Below, in pieces: positions 48,301 through 59,430 of a DNA stretch of 64,000 bases (its first letter is position 1; each line of letters begins with the position of its first letter). Source of the DNA: Balanoglossus misakiensis (Eukaryota > Animalia > Hemichordata); assembly GCA_040954595.2 (NCBI GenBank), contig CM082598.2, positions 9,563,097 through 9,627,096 of the forward strand, read 5' to 3'. The position numbers were made by a program, and so were the translations under genes. Below the pieces are notes generated by a model. That model saw only the letters and a list, made by a program, of their open reading frames with translations, was not told the DNA's origin and ran no database searches.

Positions 48301-51300
48301 GTTTCAGAGAAAACAATTTTTGACAAAAATTGCAAAAGTTTCCCTGATGACACATTTATGCAAATATCACATTTTTTTACAACATATTACTTAGGTTACC
48401 CCTACGAACATGCCTACCAAATTGCAAAGCAATCTGGCATGCGGTTTTAAAGTAAAAAAAAAATTTGACCAAAAATGGCAAATATTGCTCAAAATTATAA
48501 ATATGCAAATTTTGCATCAATTTGAACAAAACTATGGTTACTCAGACAACCATTAGGAAGCTTCATACTAAATTTCAAAGAAGTAAGCCCATCACTTTCA
48601 GAAATGAAGACTTTTTACCAATAACATGGAAAAATACAAAAAATAGGAAATCGATAATATTAGCTCAAAACATACAGGACTGTATGGGGTTGACATAAGG
48701 TACATGCACACCAATTTTCAAATCAATATGACCAGTGGTTGTCGAGTTTTGACCAATTTCACATTTTCCCAGCTAATTTGCATATATTTGGCAATGATAA
48801 CTTCATTTGAACAAAATCCCATCTACAGCACTGCCTGCATCTACACACCAAATATCGAGGTCATACGCGCTGCGGTTTTCAGACATCCATACATACATAC
48901 AGACGCAACCGATCCCATAAGGTCCCATGGTACATACCAATGGGACCTAAAAATGTTTACACACCTTGGAAATAATTTTACACCTGCGTGTGTTGGATTA
49001 TATTCATGTGGCAGAAATACAAATGATTAATGTTATGTCCATAATTCAAAGCCAACAGTATTACGTAAATTTTCAGAAAGGGAAATATGGTTTACCTTGA
49101 AAGCAAAGAAGTGATTGGTGTACAAGTCTCCAAACAAGAACTTAGAACCGGCATCTGTGTATTCCAGAAATATCTGGCACTGATCTCCCAGCCACTTGAA
49201 AGCCTCATAACCAGCCTTTGTACGGAGAATGAATAAACCAAGCAAAAACTGTAGAGCCAAACCCCATAGTACTGGACGCCACTTAACCTGTTTAATAAAT
49301 AGTAAGGATTATTACAGATGTATTGCATCTATAGTATACTATATTGCTTCAAACATTCTATTGGAAATGAAGCTTTCCCCACCATGATTGGGTCCAAACC
49401 AAATTTCTTTAGTAATTAGGAAGTCTGCAATTTTGATCTTCCATGCTTTCAGAACTCAGTTTGAATCTGTGTTACCTTAAACAATTAAATTCTATCATAA
49501 ATGTTACCTAAACTACATGCTGATAGTGCATACACAGTTCATGCCATGCAAACATGGTCGCTGTAAAATTATTCATGCATTTTAAGTGACCATATTTTTA
49601 TTTTATCAGTTTGTCTTATGATATTTATTTGTTTCTGGTGGAACTAATGGAGTGATTACAGTACACAGTCATACCTGTGTCAGTGACCACCTCTATACAG
49701 TGGCCAACACTTTTTTACAGTTCATGTGAAATTCACATGTCTATAAAGGCCACATGTCTATAAAGGCCACCTCTCTATTAAAGCCCCCTATAGCTGCCAA
49801 ATTTCACATACTTTCAAGTTTCATTGATTCCACAGTAAAATACTTCAAATATATTCCCTATCCTCTAAATTCTTCACCGTTAAGCCATATTACTTGCACT
49901 TGCATCAGTTTGTCATCTCTTCACGATAGCTGCATACTGCATGTTTATATGGAGGCTGATTAAATCGGTGCTGCACCTGTTTAATACATAGCCTGTTCAA
50001 ATTGCAACATGCAGTCACAATCGGGCATCGCTAAGGTGTTCATGTATACCTATCAGTAAGCTTATTTAGATGGACTAATTTAAGTTGGAAAATAAAATCA
50101 TGAAAATAATGCAAAAAGTGGCAGCTCTAGAGGCTTTACAGGCCAGATTGGAAATTTCCTTGACTGGCCACAACAGACAGGCTCGACTGTATTTTGACAT
50201 ACCTGCATGGGTGCCTTGGAGAACACAAAACAGAAGACAACAAACGACAGCAGACCAACAACAGAAATCATCTGTTCTGGATTGTCTTTGCCATAGATGA
50301 CAAGGAAGACCACAACTGCAGTTATCAGAATTAGATACACAAACCTAGAAAAAAACACATAATGAAAATAAATATTCAGCAAGTCAAATATTGGTGCACT
50401 GCAAACTATCTACCACACCAAGAAATGTGCTCTCTGTTTTTTTCAGAATATGAGATATACCATATTTATGATGAAATTTGTGAATACTAGAATGTTAGAA
50501 TTTTCATTTCAAATTTATCTGTTGGTTATGTGAAATGCTTAGCAGAAAGTACACAGCTTTCATGTGTGTATGAAAGTTCACAGACTCCAATTCCAACAAG
50601 TACCAATACTGGCTCTAGAATTTTGCAATAAAATACTAAACTGGTGTTCATTTCAAAAAGGGTCAAATTTATTGACTCACCATTTGATTATATACCATTT
50701 TTTGTCCAAGCCTTCGATTGTCGGTTTCATACAAGTATTGTAGAACTGCTCGCCAAAATTATCCCGCAATAGCATATACAGGATATAAAGCAAGACCATG
50801 GCCGTCATGATGACCAGTGCCAAAGCCTTGTTAAAATTATAATAGCAAGCATAGATCAGGTATGCAAAGAAAAAGACAATCAGTGCGCCATATATTGTAT
50901 AGTGGATAGGTTGCTTCTTTTCTATGTAAAAGTTGTCCAAGACTTTACCAGCATTTTGCATCCACTGTGGGGAAAAATTGATAAAAAAAGTTTAGTGAAT
51001 ATTTAAGTGGGTAAAGTGGCAAAAAAAACGCTTATCTCTTGGCAAGAGCCCCTTGCTCAAGCAAAGAGTTAGACCACATCCCCATAGATAATGATTTTTG
51101 TTTTTATAAACGAGGTTGCATCCTGTCGCTTATTTGTGGTTTTTCATACTGCACTTCCAGACCATAGTAACTGCAACCGGACACACTGAAATACATCAGT
51201 GCAATGCTACAAACAACTACTAGCACCCCCCCCCCCCCCAATACAGTGTAGAGTAGCTTTTCTTTCATGCATTACTAGTATTTGCAAGTCACTTTAGTCA

Positions 51301-54300
51301 GTCAAAAAGCATTACATATTTCTCCTGATTGGTATTCACATTGACATACAGTGATAAAACAAACTTACTTTAGTAAGGGCATTTGTGTTGTTTTCAGCAT
51401 CATCCCCATCAATGACAGGTGGTTTTTCATTCTGAAGAGGCAGCTCTGTATCAAAGTTCACTTGGCTGCCAGTGGACTTTTTATGTGATGGATAGACCTC
51501 AGTCATGGGAATACCAGCATACTCTTCATTCTAAATATATATAAAGTTTAATTAAAGCCACATTATTTCTCGTTTTCGCATAATTTTGTATGAAACGGCA
51601 TCTTCAATTTCTAAATATAGATGATAATTGATAACATACTGAATCGAACAGTTATCACGCCCAGCTCTGTTCAAAAACACATACAATTTACAATATAACG
51701 AGTGAAGAATGACTTTCTGTCCGGACAGAAAGTCAGGCTCTGTTGACACATGTGACGCTGAATGCAAAGTAATAACACTATTGCGCATGCGCACTCAAAT
51801 GTGAATCTAGCGTCTCGGCGAAGAAACGCACACTAATTCGGCAAAATTCTGGGAAGAAAAATATATGGGACAAAATCAGTTGATGGAACCAGATCAAATC
51901 CGAAAATGCTGATCGACATGTACAAGATTTCCGTTGTAAACAAACCCACACATCATTTCAAGTGTTACGGGCAATATTTACGGCTTGCATGTAGCCCAAA
52001 CCTTTCTTATATCTTCATTATGTAGTATTCCATGATGAATGTACGGGAAAAACGGCCAATTTTCGATGATGAAAAATGGATAAACACGAGAAATTCTGGT
52101 GCTTTAGTATGAAAATAACTACAAGTTAATTTAAACAAACAGGGGAGAGGGACACCATCTTGGGAAATTTTTGGGGAAAATACAAGTCCTGAAACAAAAT
52201 GTTTGACTGTGTGATATGAAACTCATGGCAGTTAATGTCACCGTGTTTTGAGTGAAAATATTTCCAGAGTGTTACATGCTTGTTCTGGGGATCCATTTCT
52301 GTCACCAGCAACAAGTACTGGGGTATGTTCCTTAGAAATCTTTGATTATGGCCCTTTCTTATAAATTTTGATGTCTAAAAAGTGACAAAGTTGAATGAGT
52401 TCATTTAATAAAGCAAGAACCCCAAATGAAGGTGTGTATACCACTCCACAGTGTTCTCCCCAGCATACAAAACAGAGTGGCGGCCCCGCCACTCTGCTTT
52501 GATCTACCGCCACTCTGTTCTAATCGCCGCCACTCTGCTCCGTGTGACCGCCACTGTGGTTTTTCCATTGTCTAAACTTTCACCAAACTGCGTCCTTTAG
52601 TCTGGCGGCATGCGCGCTGAAGAATCCGACTATAGTCTCCATATAGCACAATTGACTTTAATAGATTGTATGCACTTGTAACATCCAAACATGGTTGGGG
52701 ATGGAAGGGCAAATGTCCAATCAGTATACCCCTCTAACGAACATTTGAGGATATCTAGAAATTTAGAAGAGTCCAGATAAAGAGTTTATTACTTTTCCAA
52801 AGTTTCATTAAGGTATACCATGTGACAGTACTTTCATTCTGTGTAAAAATGTACGAGTGCTCACAATATAACAACTGAAATGGGGTGGACAATGAATCAT
52901 GAGAAGCGAGTCACTGTGAATAGTACTAATGAATTAATACCGTACTGATATTAAGGTCATTCTTGTATATCACCAAATTTACTACCCCTGCGTTGGTCAG
53001 TGAGGAGGTTCAGGTACATGTAGGCATAGACTCTCGCACAGCCAGCGGTTCGTTACAAGGCTCTTCACCGACGCGTCCTCAACCGTTTGGCAAAGGAGAA
53101 GCACCACATGGTGTTGTGTAGCGAACCTCTCGCCGGGCACACATAGAATCAGACCATAACTTAAGCCTGCATGGACGGCGAGAGGGGCTGTGAGAGAGTC
53201 TAATGTAGGCAGGGAAATTATTTCGCCCTGAATAAATTGAATTTTGCCCGAAAAGCTGTGCTCTCAATCTGGATCGCAGAATAGCCAACAAATTACTCTA
53301 CATACAATGTAACCTTGTAGGGTTGTGATGGAGGCCATGTAATGCCGGGAACACACAAACCTGTATTTATGGCTACAAATTTAAATTGAACAACCTTGAC
53401 TCAAGGATATAATATCTGTAATAAGTCTTTTAGTCTAGACGATACTGTAACTTTTGAGAAAAAGAAATAGAAGAGATTTACAGAATATTTTCTAGAGCTT
53501 GCACCTACTTGAACACCAGGCTTTTGGCTAAATGCCAGTAACAGGCTATGGACTAATACCAGTACATTTTGTTGTGTACATTAAAATGGATTTGGATACA
53601 CGCATGTCATACTTGCCACACCCTCATGTGTGTCAAATACTTGTACTAAGAGTTATCTAATTTTAAAGAGTTGGTGACGATTTTAAAAAGCAAGAAACAA
53701 AAGACAGCATGTTTTGGATGAGTTTTTAACTAGTTTACAACACAATGCTTCAATGTCACTCACATGCCTGTCTGAGTGTCTCGACATTGAAAAGAAAGTG
53801 AACAAAATTAGGAAACGTGTGTGGAGGTATTATTTAAAAGTATGGTTTCAAAGGGTAATGAAAAGTAAACTAAAACAGCTTACCCTCTCTCCTAAACTCA
53901 CTAGATGGTAGACTTGGCAGTTCATGATGTCAAATTTCAATGTTTAAATATGAAATTATGAGTGATAATGGCTGCTGTAGTTACTTTCACCAGCCATATT
54001 GCCTGAGAGCACATGGCGTATGATAATTTGAAGACCCCCAAGTTTCTAGAACGATGATTGACCCCCCAAGCCAAAGATAAATATCATGCATGCTGACATT
54101 TACAACAGTACGTTGTGCCCGATGAATACCTTGAGATAAATGATGAAAGTGACCTGTTTTTACTTGGGTCAAGATGTCAAGACTTCTTTTCGGAACAAAA
54201 CGATGGCTATTAAACAAACAGCATGATAAATGAGCATGAACTGTACCACAGACTTTTTTTTCGTTTTTTGAGTAAACTGACCTGACTGAAGTGAAAATTC

Positions 54301-55802
54301 GCTAATACCCAACTTGCTGAAAATGTATGGTTTTGGTGTTCCTCTCTACCAACATCAAATGGTAATACACATTGCTACTTTCAAAATCAAAAGAGCAGAA
54401 TTATCGCTATGCACTGCATAAGGTATGTTGTCATAACTCTACCTCTACAACTACCTCTGCGTACAACAGCAACCCTCTACTGTTCAGAGATTAACTGTCT
54501 CCTGTGCTTCCTATCAACTGTGTTATATCAATGAACTTATATACTATCATTCCACCAGTTTGGACGAGTGCAAATTGTTTGATGGTATGAGTAAATGCAA
54601 GCACCACTAAAAAGTTCAGGTTGTATTGCAATTGTATACACGAAGTGACGAAGTCAATTATCTTTGGAATATGTAAACCACTCTCCCTCAATATGGAAAA
54701 TGCATTCTATACAAAGACCTAATGCATACCAAACAAGAGAAATGTGCATTGTTATGGTAATTACACACAGTACTTGGCCCTACTGTACTATAAAACCAAT
54801 CATGCCACATCCTCTCAGGCTTGTAAAATCAGTTGCATGCAGACCACATTCTGGTATAATTCACGAAGCACAAACATCTTGATCAGGTATCCCCTTTCGC
54901 TGTGTATGCAAAACGACCCAAAGAAACATGTACACAGACTCACTCTTCATGAAATAACTATGATTACAGCAGAGATGATATCCAAAAGTATAGAAAGTAA
55001 ACAGTTTGACTGAAACTTAAATTGAAACGGAACCATAGGCATTTCATAGCATATCACTTTTGTAATGCAAGACACCCTGTGTGCATGTAATTGTATACCC
55101 CTACAAGTACAACCGACACAGAAAAAAAATCCTGTATTTATTCTAATAGATACGTACAAATTTCAAGTGTTCTTTTGTTTTAAAAAAATGCTATGCTCTG
55201 GTTTATAAAACTCAGGGTTTCTCGTGTTGGATGGCAGAATGAATGAAAAGAAAAACAGTCTCTGACTGCTAGTAGTACGCATGATTTAAAAACATGTACA
55301 CTACACTACAGTCATTTCTCACACATTTGTACTGACACAAACTTTTAGCAACTTTTCGTCCATCCTTGCCTTACTGCAAAACTGAATAAGATTTGCTTTG
55401 CATTTGTACCAATAGCTAAAGACTGAATAAGACAATCTTGAGCCATATGAAGTTGTATATGTATGCAGAAATCTGGGATATAATTGACAGAAAGCAACAA
55501 GCAAAATTCAACATAGAAAAAATCCATCCTCTTGGCACCTGGTTATGTACGTGTCGTTTTTGTGATTTGGCTAGGTACCGAAGTCCAGAAAATAAAACTG
55601 TTACACACTCCAGCTGTCGTAAAACAATAAAGATAACATCTCTGCACAAAGGTACACACGGCCACTTTGAAAGAAAACTTACAGGTTTTTCTATAACATG
55701 CTCTTCTTCAGAATATGCTGGGTTTGTAGATCCGGACTGTGGATAATAGTTCTGCTGTGGGGGAACAATCTGGTCAACTTCGTGGGCTTTATAGAAAGAC
55801 AT
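37721..55802 (-). CDS. SLC28A3: Concentrative Na+/nucleoside cotransporter (SLC28/CNT3-like); 11 coding exons, 644 aa
   Basis: All introns are GT-AG with compatible phases and the spliced CDS is 1935 nt. Family motifs: [70 protein letters not shown]. The symbol denotes the closest vertebrate type, not proven orthology. Confidence 0.93.
37886..39553. mobile_element. Large palindrome with a hairpin at each end (inverted pair or foldback of a Crypton-V-like element)
   Basis: 37886-38243 is the imperfect reverse complement of 38260-38507 plus 39397-39553; terminal hairpins at 37892-38036 and ~39408-39546. Confidence 0.85.
38508..39396. mobile_element. pogo/Tc1-mariner MITE
   Basis: TIR ccgtacttgcccgggtaa; TA TSD (38506-38507, 39397-39398); interrupts the right arm of the palindrome. 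Confidence 0.9.
39590..39897 (+). mobile_element. tRNA-derived SINE (CORE-like middle, L2-like tail), 5' truncated
   Basis: B box ggttcgagccc; gtgtccttgagcaaggcactt; tail gtaaaagcgccttgag...gcgctatata...(tat)n. Confidence 0.8.
39907..40087 (-). CDS. SLC28A3: SLC28 exon 10
   Basis: [26 protein letters not shown]...[12 protein letters not shown]; AG/GT borders. Confidence 0.93.
40930..41272. mobile_element. Short non-autonomous element (tagcctcg...cgagacta) hosting a palindromic MITE
   Basis: Imperfect TIR plus a subterminal hairpin cccagaccctct..agaggggtctggg. Confidence 0.55.
41054..41258. mobile_element. Palindromic MITE flanked by TATA
   Basis: tata-ggccaggtttgtctttaccgccatcttg ... caagatggcggtaaagacaaacctggcc-tata; the centre has tandem cttacgtaa duplications. 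Confidence 0.85.
41329..41505 (-). CDS. SLC28A3: SLC28 exon 9
   Basis: [15 protein letters not shown]...[10 protein letters not shown]...LPTIS; AG/GT borders. Confidence 0.93.
42783..43542. mobile_element. piggyBac-like MITE, degenerate
   Basis: TTAA-ccctcaaagcgc ... gcactttaaggg-TCAA. Confidence 0.65.
43617..43785 (-). CDS. SLC28A3: SLC28 exon 8
   Basis: [30 protein letters not shown]...LSFE; entry phase matches exon 7. Confidence 0.93.
44233..44495 (-). CDS. SLC28A3: SLC28 exon 7
   Basis: [44 protein letters not shown]. Confidence 0.95.
45678..46049. mobile_element. Non-autonomous hairpin-ended element (Crypton-V-like architecture)
   Basis: IR ttatattacca (45678) / tggtaatataa (45889), then a hairpin at ~45897-46049; shares attggtcgaga with the element at 20458. 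Confidence 0.8.
46590..46751 (-). CDS. SLC28A3: SLC28 exon 6
   Basis: [22 protein letters not shown]...[13 protein letters not shown]; AG/GT borders. Confidence 0.95.
47014..47802 (+). mobile_element. Helentron/HINE-like non-autonomous element with internal 146-147-bp tandem repeats
   Basis: Repeat units start at 47297, 47444 and 47590; (GACG)n microsatellite; terminal hairpin agctcggctgacac..gtgacagcagagct followed by an A-run. Left boundary approximate. Confidence 0.7.
48000..48953 (+). mobile_element. Degenerate Helentron/HINE-like element
   Basis: Decayed repeats with ccaaatttca and tatgcaaat motifs, (CATA)n, hairpin aggtcccat..aatgggacct plus an A-run. The same end recurs near 40700-40725. 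Confidence 0.55.
49096..49287 (-). CDS. SLC28A3: SLC28 exon 5
   Basis: [23 protein letters not shown]...[13 protein letters not shown]. Confidence 0.95.
50203..50344 (-). CDS. SLC28A3: SLC28 exon 4
   Basis: Hydrophobic TM segments [39 protein letters not shown]; phases fit. Confidence 0.9.
50681..50964 (-). CDS. SLC28A3: SLC28 exon 3
   Basis: [30 protein letters not shown]; AG/GT borders, phase 2 exit. Confidence 0.9.
51369..51530 (-). CDS. SLC28A3: SLC28 exon 2 (cytoplasmic N-terminus)
   Basis: 162-nt open phase-0 exon [12 protein letters not shown]...NALTK with tttag acceptor and gtaagt donor. Low conservation is expected here. Confidence 0.75.
55683..55802 (-). CDS. SLC28A3: SLC28 exon 1 (putative first coding exon)
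   Basis: aaaATG context; [10 protein letters not shown]...[15 protein letters not shown] followed by a gtaagt donor in phase 0. Confidence 0.65.
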
Positions 55803-56224
55803 TTTGGGTGTAAACTTTCACCACCACAGACGCAGCTCAGTGCAAGCCAACTGTTCACTCAGCAGGTATGCACAAGTGAAAAGGGACAGCAGTATGAGGT
55901 GACTTTAAAAAGTTAATTTACATATAATGAAAGGAGTTGAATTTGCATATATACAGTACACTAGGTAGGTTTGGATCTTGATGGGTGCTGATCTTTGAAC
56001 TATTGTTTGCAGAATGCACACTTAAAGGTCCCATGCCATGCCCTATACAACCACGCGTAAAATCACTATTTGGGTCTTGAAGTTAACGTACTGTATACCG
56101 TTTTATTTTTGCGATCACTAATTTTTGCGATTTTGCAACAAGGTAGCACTCTACGGCGTTTTAAGTTTGCGTTTACAGGAAATCGATCAGATTGCGTTAA
56201 AACGATGATAAGGCTACTAGTACT

Positions 56225-59079
56225 AGTATAGGGCAAAGCTGTATTAACCGCCATCTTGAAAACCGCGTTGCATTGTGGGACGACTGGGGGGAAGTACCTG
56301 AAGACCCATAGCATTGTAATGTAGACATCTACCGAGACACTCTATTCCTCCAAACGTTTTTTTTCCGACAAACTCTCAGATTTCAGTTCTAATAGCCGTC
56401 TTCTGTTCTGAAAAGTATTATTCAGTGTTCGCGCTAGCGCTCGCCAAATTCGCTATAGCGAAATGAAATTCAATTTGGCGAATTTATTTTGCACCCAATT
56501 CGTCACTTTGGCGAAGTCCGAATTTGATCCCGGCAGCTTCGATCGTGATCGTAACTCAGGCGTTCTCGCGGCATCCATTTTGTTTGGCGTTGTTCTGTTA
56601 ATGATCATCACCCCCTGTATCTTGAACATCGTAAGGCAATGCATTGAATTCAGCTCTTCCAGTTAGTGACCGCACTCGCTTGATTTCCTGTATGTGTCTC
56701 TGGGCCGGGACGCAAAGAATGCATGCGTCTTTTCCTAATTTGCATGTTTTGAATGGGTTATGCTTACAAATTGATACATTTAGGTCTGCCTTGACTTGAA
56801 TGCGTGAAGTATACAGGTTGTTATGGAAGTTTCTTTTTGATAAGGCGATTGCAAAGCCAAAGTAGTTTCAGAAAAGATAAATTCCCATGCTCTTATTTAG
56901 TGTTTTGGCATCTGTACTGTGAGTACTTTTGGGTCTACCTAGCTACAGACTGACTGTAGGTAGACCCAAAAGTACTCACCGAAATTATCCAACCACAAGA
57001 GTAAAACGAACAGCAACTTCTCTGCCAAAGTCTCACCTGGCTTTGCTAGTTTGGCTTCAATTCTAGTGTTCTTTTTATATTTTGCATCTTTTTTAAGACT
57101 AATTAAATTATGTGCCTTGCTTGAGTTTGGTTTAAAATTTAGTACCTCCTGTGACAATTGTACATGTGGCCTCATTTCCAGCATGCCATATGCATACCTC
57201 TCAATACATCCCTTTCCAGATTCCCTTTGCTACGAAAAATGTGAAAATCATGAGACTTGTTGACGTGACTAGCAAATATTTCACAGGACCACTGAATTAT
57301 ACATTTTACTGGTCCTGCGGGAAAGTGAACATTTTATAGCAGTGTCGAACCCTGCACTTAGGTCGCTATCACAGACCTCGTTCTCAGTATATTGCTGGAT
57401 GTGTTTAGTCTATGTTTCGAGTCAATGGCAAGTAGGCAGTTGCGTGATTTTTAGGCGGCAGACAATTGCTCAAAAAGCTCGGTCAAGAGAAAACACTGTA
57501 GATGTATCATCCTTTTATTGCATATCATTGTGTGAAAATAAGTGTTGTGTAAAAATGTGATGGTACAAACATTTGTGTACCATACAAGTATTGTTGTTAT
57601 AAACAAAAGCAATCCAGAAAATGTCATTTGTGTTGTATTTATTTTAAGTAGAAGTAAACATTCGTGTCTACAAATTTATTTGTCAAGCAGGATAAAATTG
57701 CGAAAAAAAATGGCTAATCAATTTCTAATTTGGCTAATTGAATTTAGGTGTCATTAGCCAAAATGGCTAATGCTTTTGAAATCCTACCGCTAACACTGTT
57801 ATTATTATCGTCGAGCCGTTCCAGAAGATTTTTGAGGATCTAACAATAGCGGGTGTTGCCATTATTCATTGGTATTAAGTGCTGTTGCTATGTGTTTGAC
57901 AAATTCGCTTCTGAATACGTTCAAGTAGAATTTTCGTGACACAATTACAATAACTGTAAAATAACTAAAAATAACAAACTTTCCATAAAGTATGACCAGA
58001 AGCTGATGCTGATTACTTGGCTCGGATTACAGATGAACATGCCACGCCCCCTTTTCAAAAAAACTGTCCAAACCGCTCTGAAACATGCACAAAAATGAAA
58101 AGAATTGTGTGCATTAACTTTTGATTAGCAAGAAGTTTCTATTTTAAATCTGTTTTTTTTTGTTTTGTTATGTAAACCAGTAAGTGAATGTGGAGATGGA
58201 AGAAAAAAAGCGTGAACGGCTTCATTATAATGCAAGCCAAGCTGTGAAAATTAAGGCCAGCCATGAAAGCGTCCTTTCAAAATTTTCGTGACACCGACGT
58301 AGAAGGGTATGAAAAACTAGAATTTCAACACATAATGGAGATCATTGCAATCGTTTTTTGGTCTAATTTGTTTTATTTTCGTCTAATAAGACTTAGTGAA
58401 ATTAGTCTTGGAAAGGACGCTTTCATGGCTGGCCTTAATTTTCACAGCTTGGCTTGCATTATAATGAAGCCGTTCACGCTTTTTTTCTTCCATCTCCACA
58501 TTCACTTACTGGTTTACATAACAAAAAAAACAGATTTGAAAGAGAAACTTCTTGCTAATCAAAAGTTAATGCAAAAAATTCTTTTCATTTTTGTGCATGT
58601 TTCAGAGCGGTTTGGACAGTTTTTTTTTAAAAGGGGGCGTGGCATGTTCATCTGTAATCCGAGCCAAGTAATCAGCATCAGCTTCTGGTCATACTTTATG
58701 GAAAGTTTGTTATTTTTAGTTATTTTACAGTTATTGTAATTGTGTCACGAAAATTCTACTTGAACGTATTCAGAAACGAATTTGTCAAACACATAGCAAC
58801 AGCACTTAATACCAATGAATAATGGCAACACCCGCTATTGTTGGATCCTCAAAAATCTTCTGGAACGGCTCGACGATAATAATAATACTTTTCAGAACAG
58901 AAGACGGCTATTAGAACTGAAATCTGAGAGTTTGTCGGAAAAAAAAACGTTTGGAGGAATAGAGTGTCTCGGTAGATGTCTACATTACAATGCTATGGGT
59001 CTTCAGGTACTTCCCCCCAGTCGTCCCACAATGCAACGCGGTTTTCAAGATGGCGGATAATACAGTTTTGCCCTATACT
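56225..59079. mobile_element. Foldback element with ~670-bp inverted arms
   Basis: 56225-56422 plus 57799-58278 is the reverse complement of 58411-59079, with a ~130-bp spacer. Confidence 0.88.
56423..57798. mobile_element. hAT-like non-autonomous element
   Basis: TIR cagtgttcgcgctag/ctaccgctaacactg; 8-bp TSD gtattatt/ttattatt (7 of 8); absent from the opposite foldback arm. Confidence 0.85.
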
Positions 59080-59089
59080 GACAAGCGTC

Positions 59090-59430
59090 TACGTCTCGCG
59101 AAACTCCGTGACTCGGGAATCAATGCTGTGTTTGTCCCTGCGAACTGTACTTCAGAATTGCAGCCTCTGGACCTGTCCTTCAACGCAAAGTTCAAGGAAG
59201 CATTGGGACACGAATTCCACAACTGGTATGCGCGCAAAGTAGCAGAGGCCCTTGACAACGGCGTTGATGTAAGTGCAGTAGCAGTGGATCTCCATTTGTC
59301 GACACTGAAACCGCTTCATTCGAAATGGCTTTTATCAGCATTTGATAAACTACGAAATGATCGTGGTGCCATCATTGAAGGCTTTGAAAAGTCATCTATA
59401 ATTTCTGCTATTAGCGGAATACAGATTTAA
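59090..59430 (+). pseudogene. pogo-family DDE transposase C-terminal remnant
   Basis: VFVPANCTSELQPLDLSFNAKFK motif followed by the typical helical tail KPLHSKWL..IIEGFEK. Confidence 0.85.

Noticed and set aside
55870-55930. TATA-like plus Inr-like core promoter for SLC28 on the minus strand
   Set aside because: The TTTAAA/TCACTT spacing is plausible, but such motifs are common in AT-rich DNA and an upstream non-coding exon cannot be excluded.
58263-58739. 158-aa ORF
   Set aside because: It lies across the spacer and arm of a non-coding foldback and has no recognisable motif.
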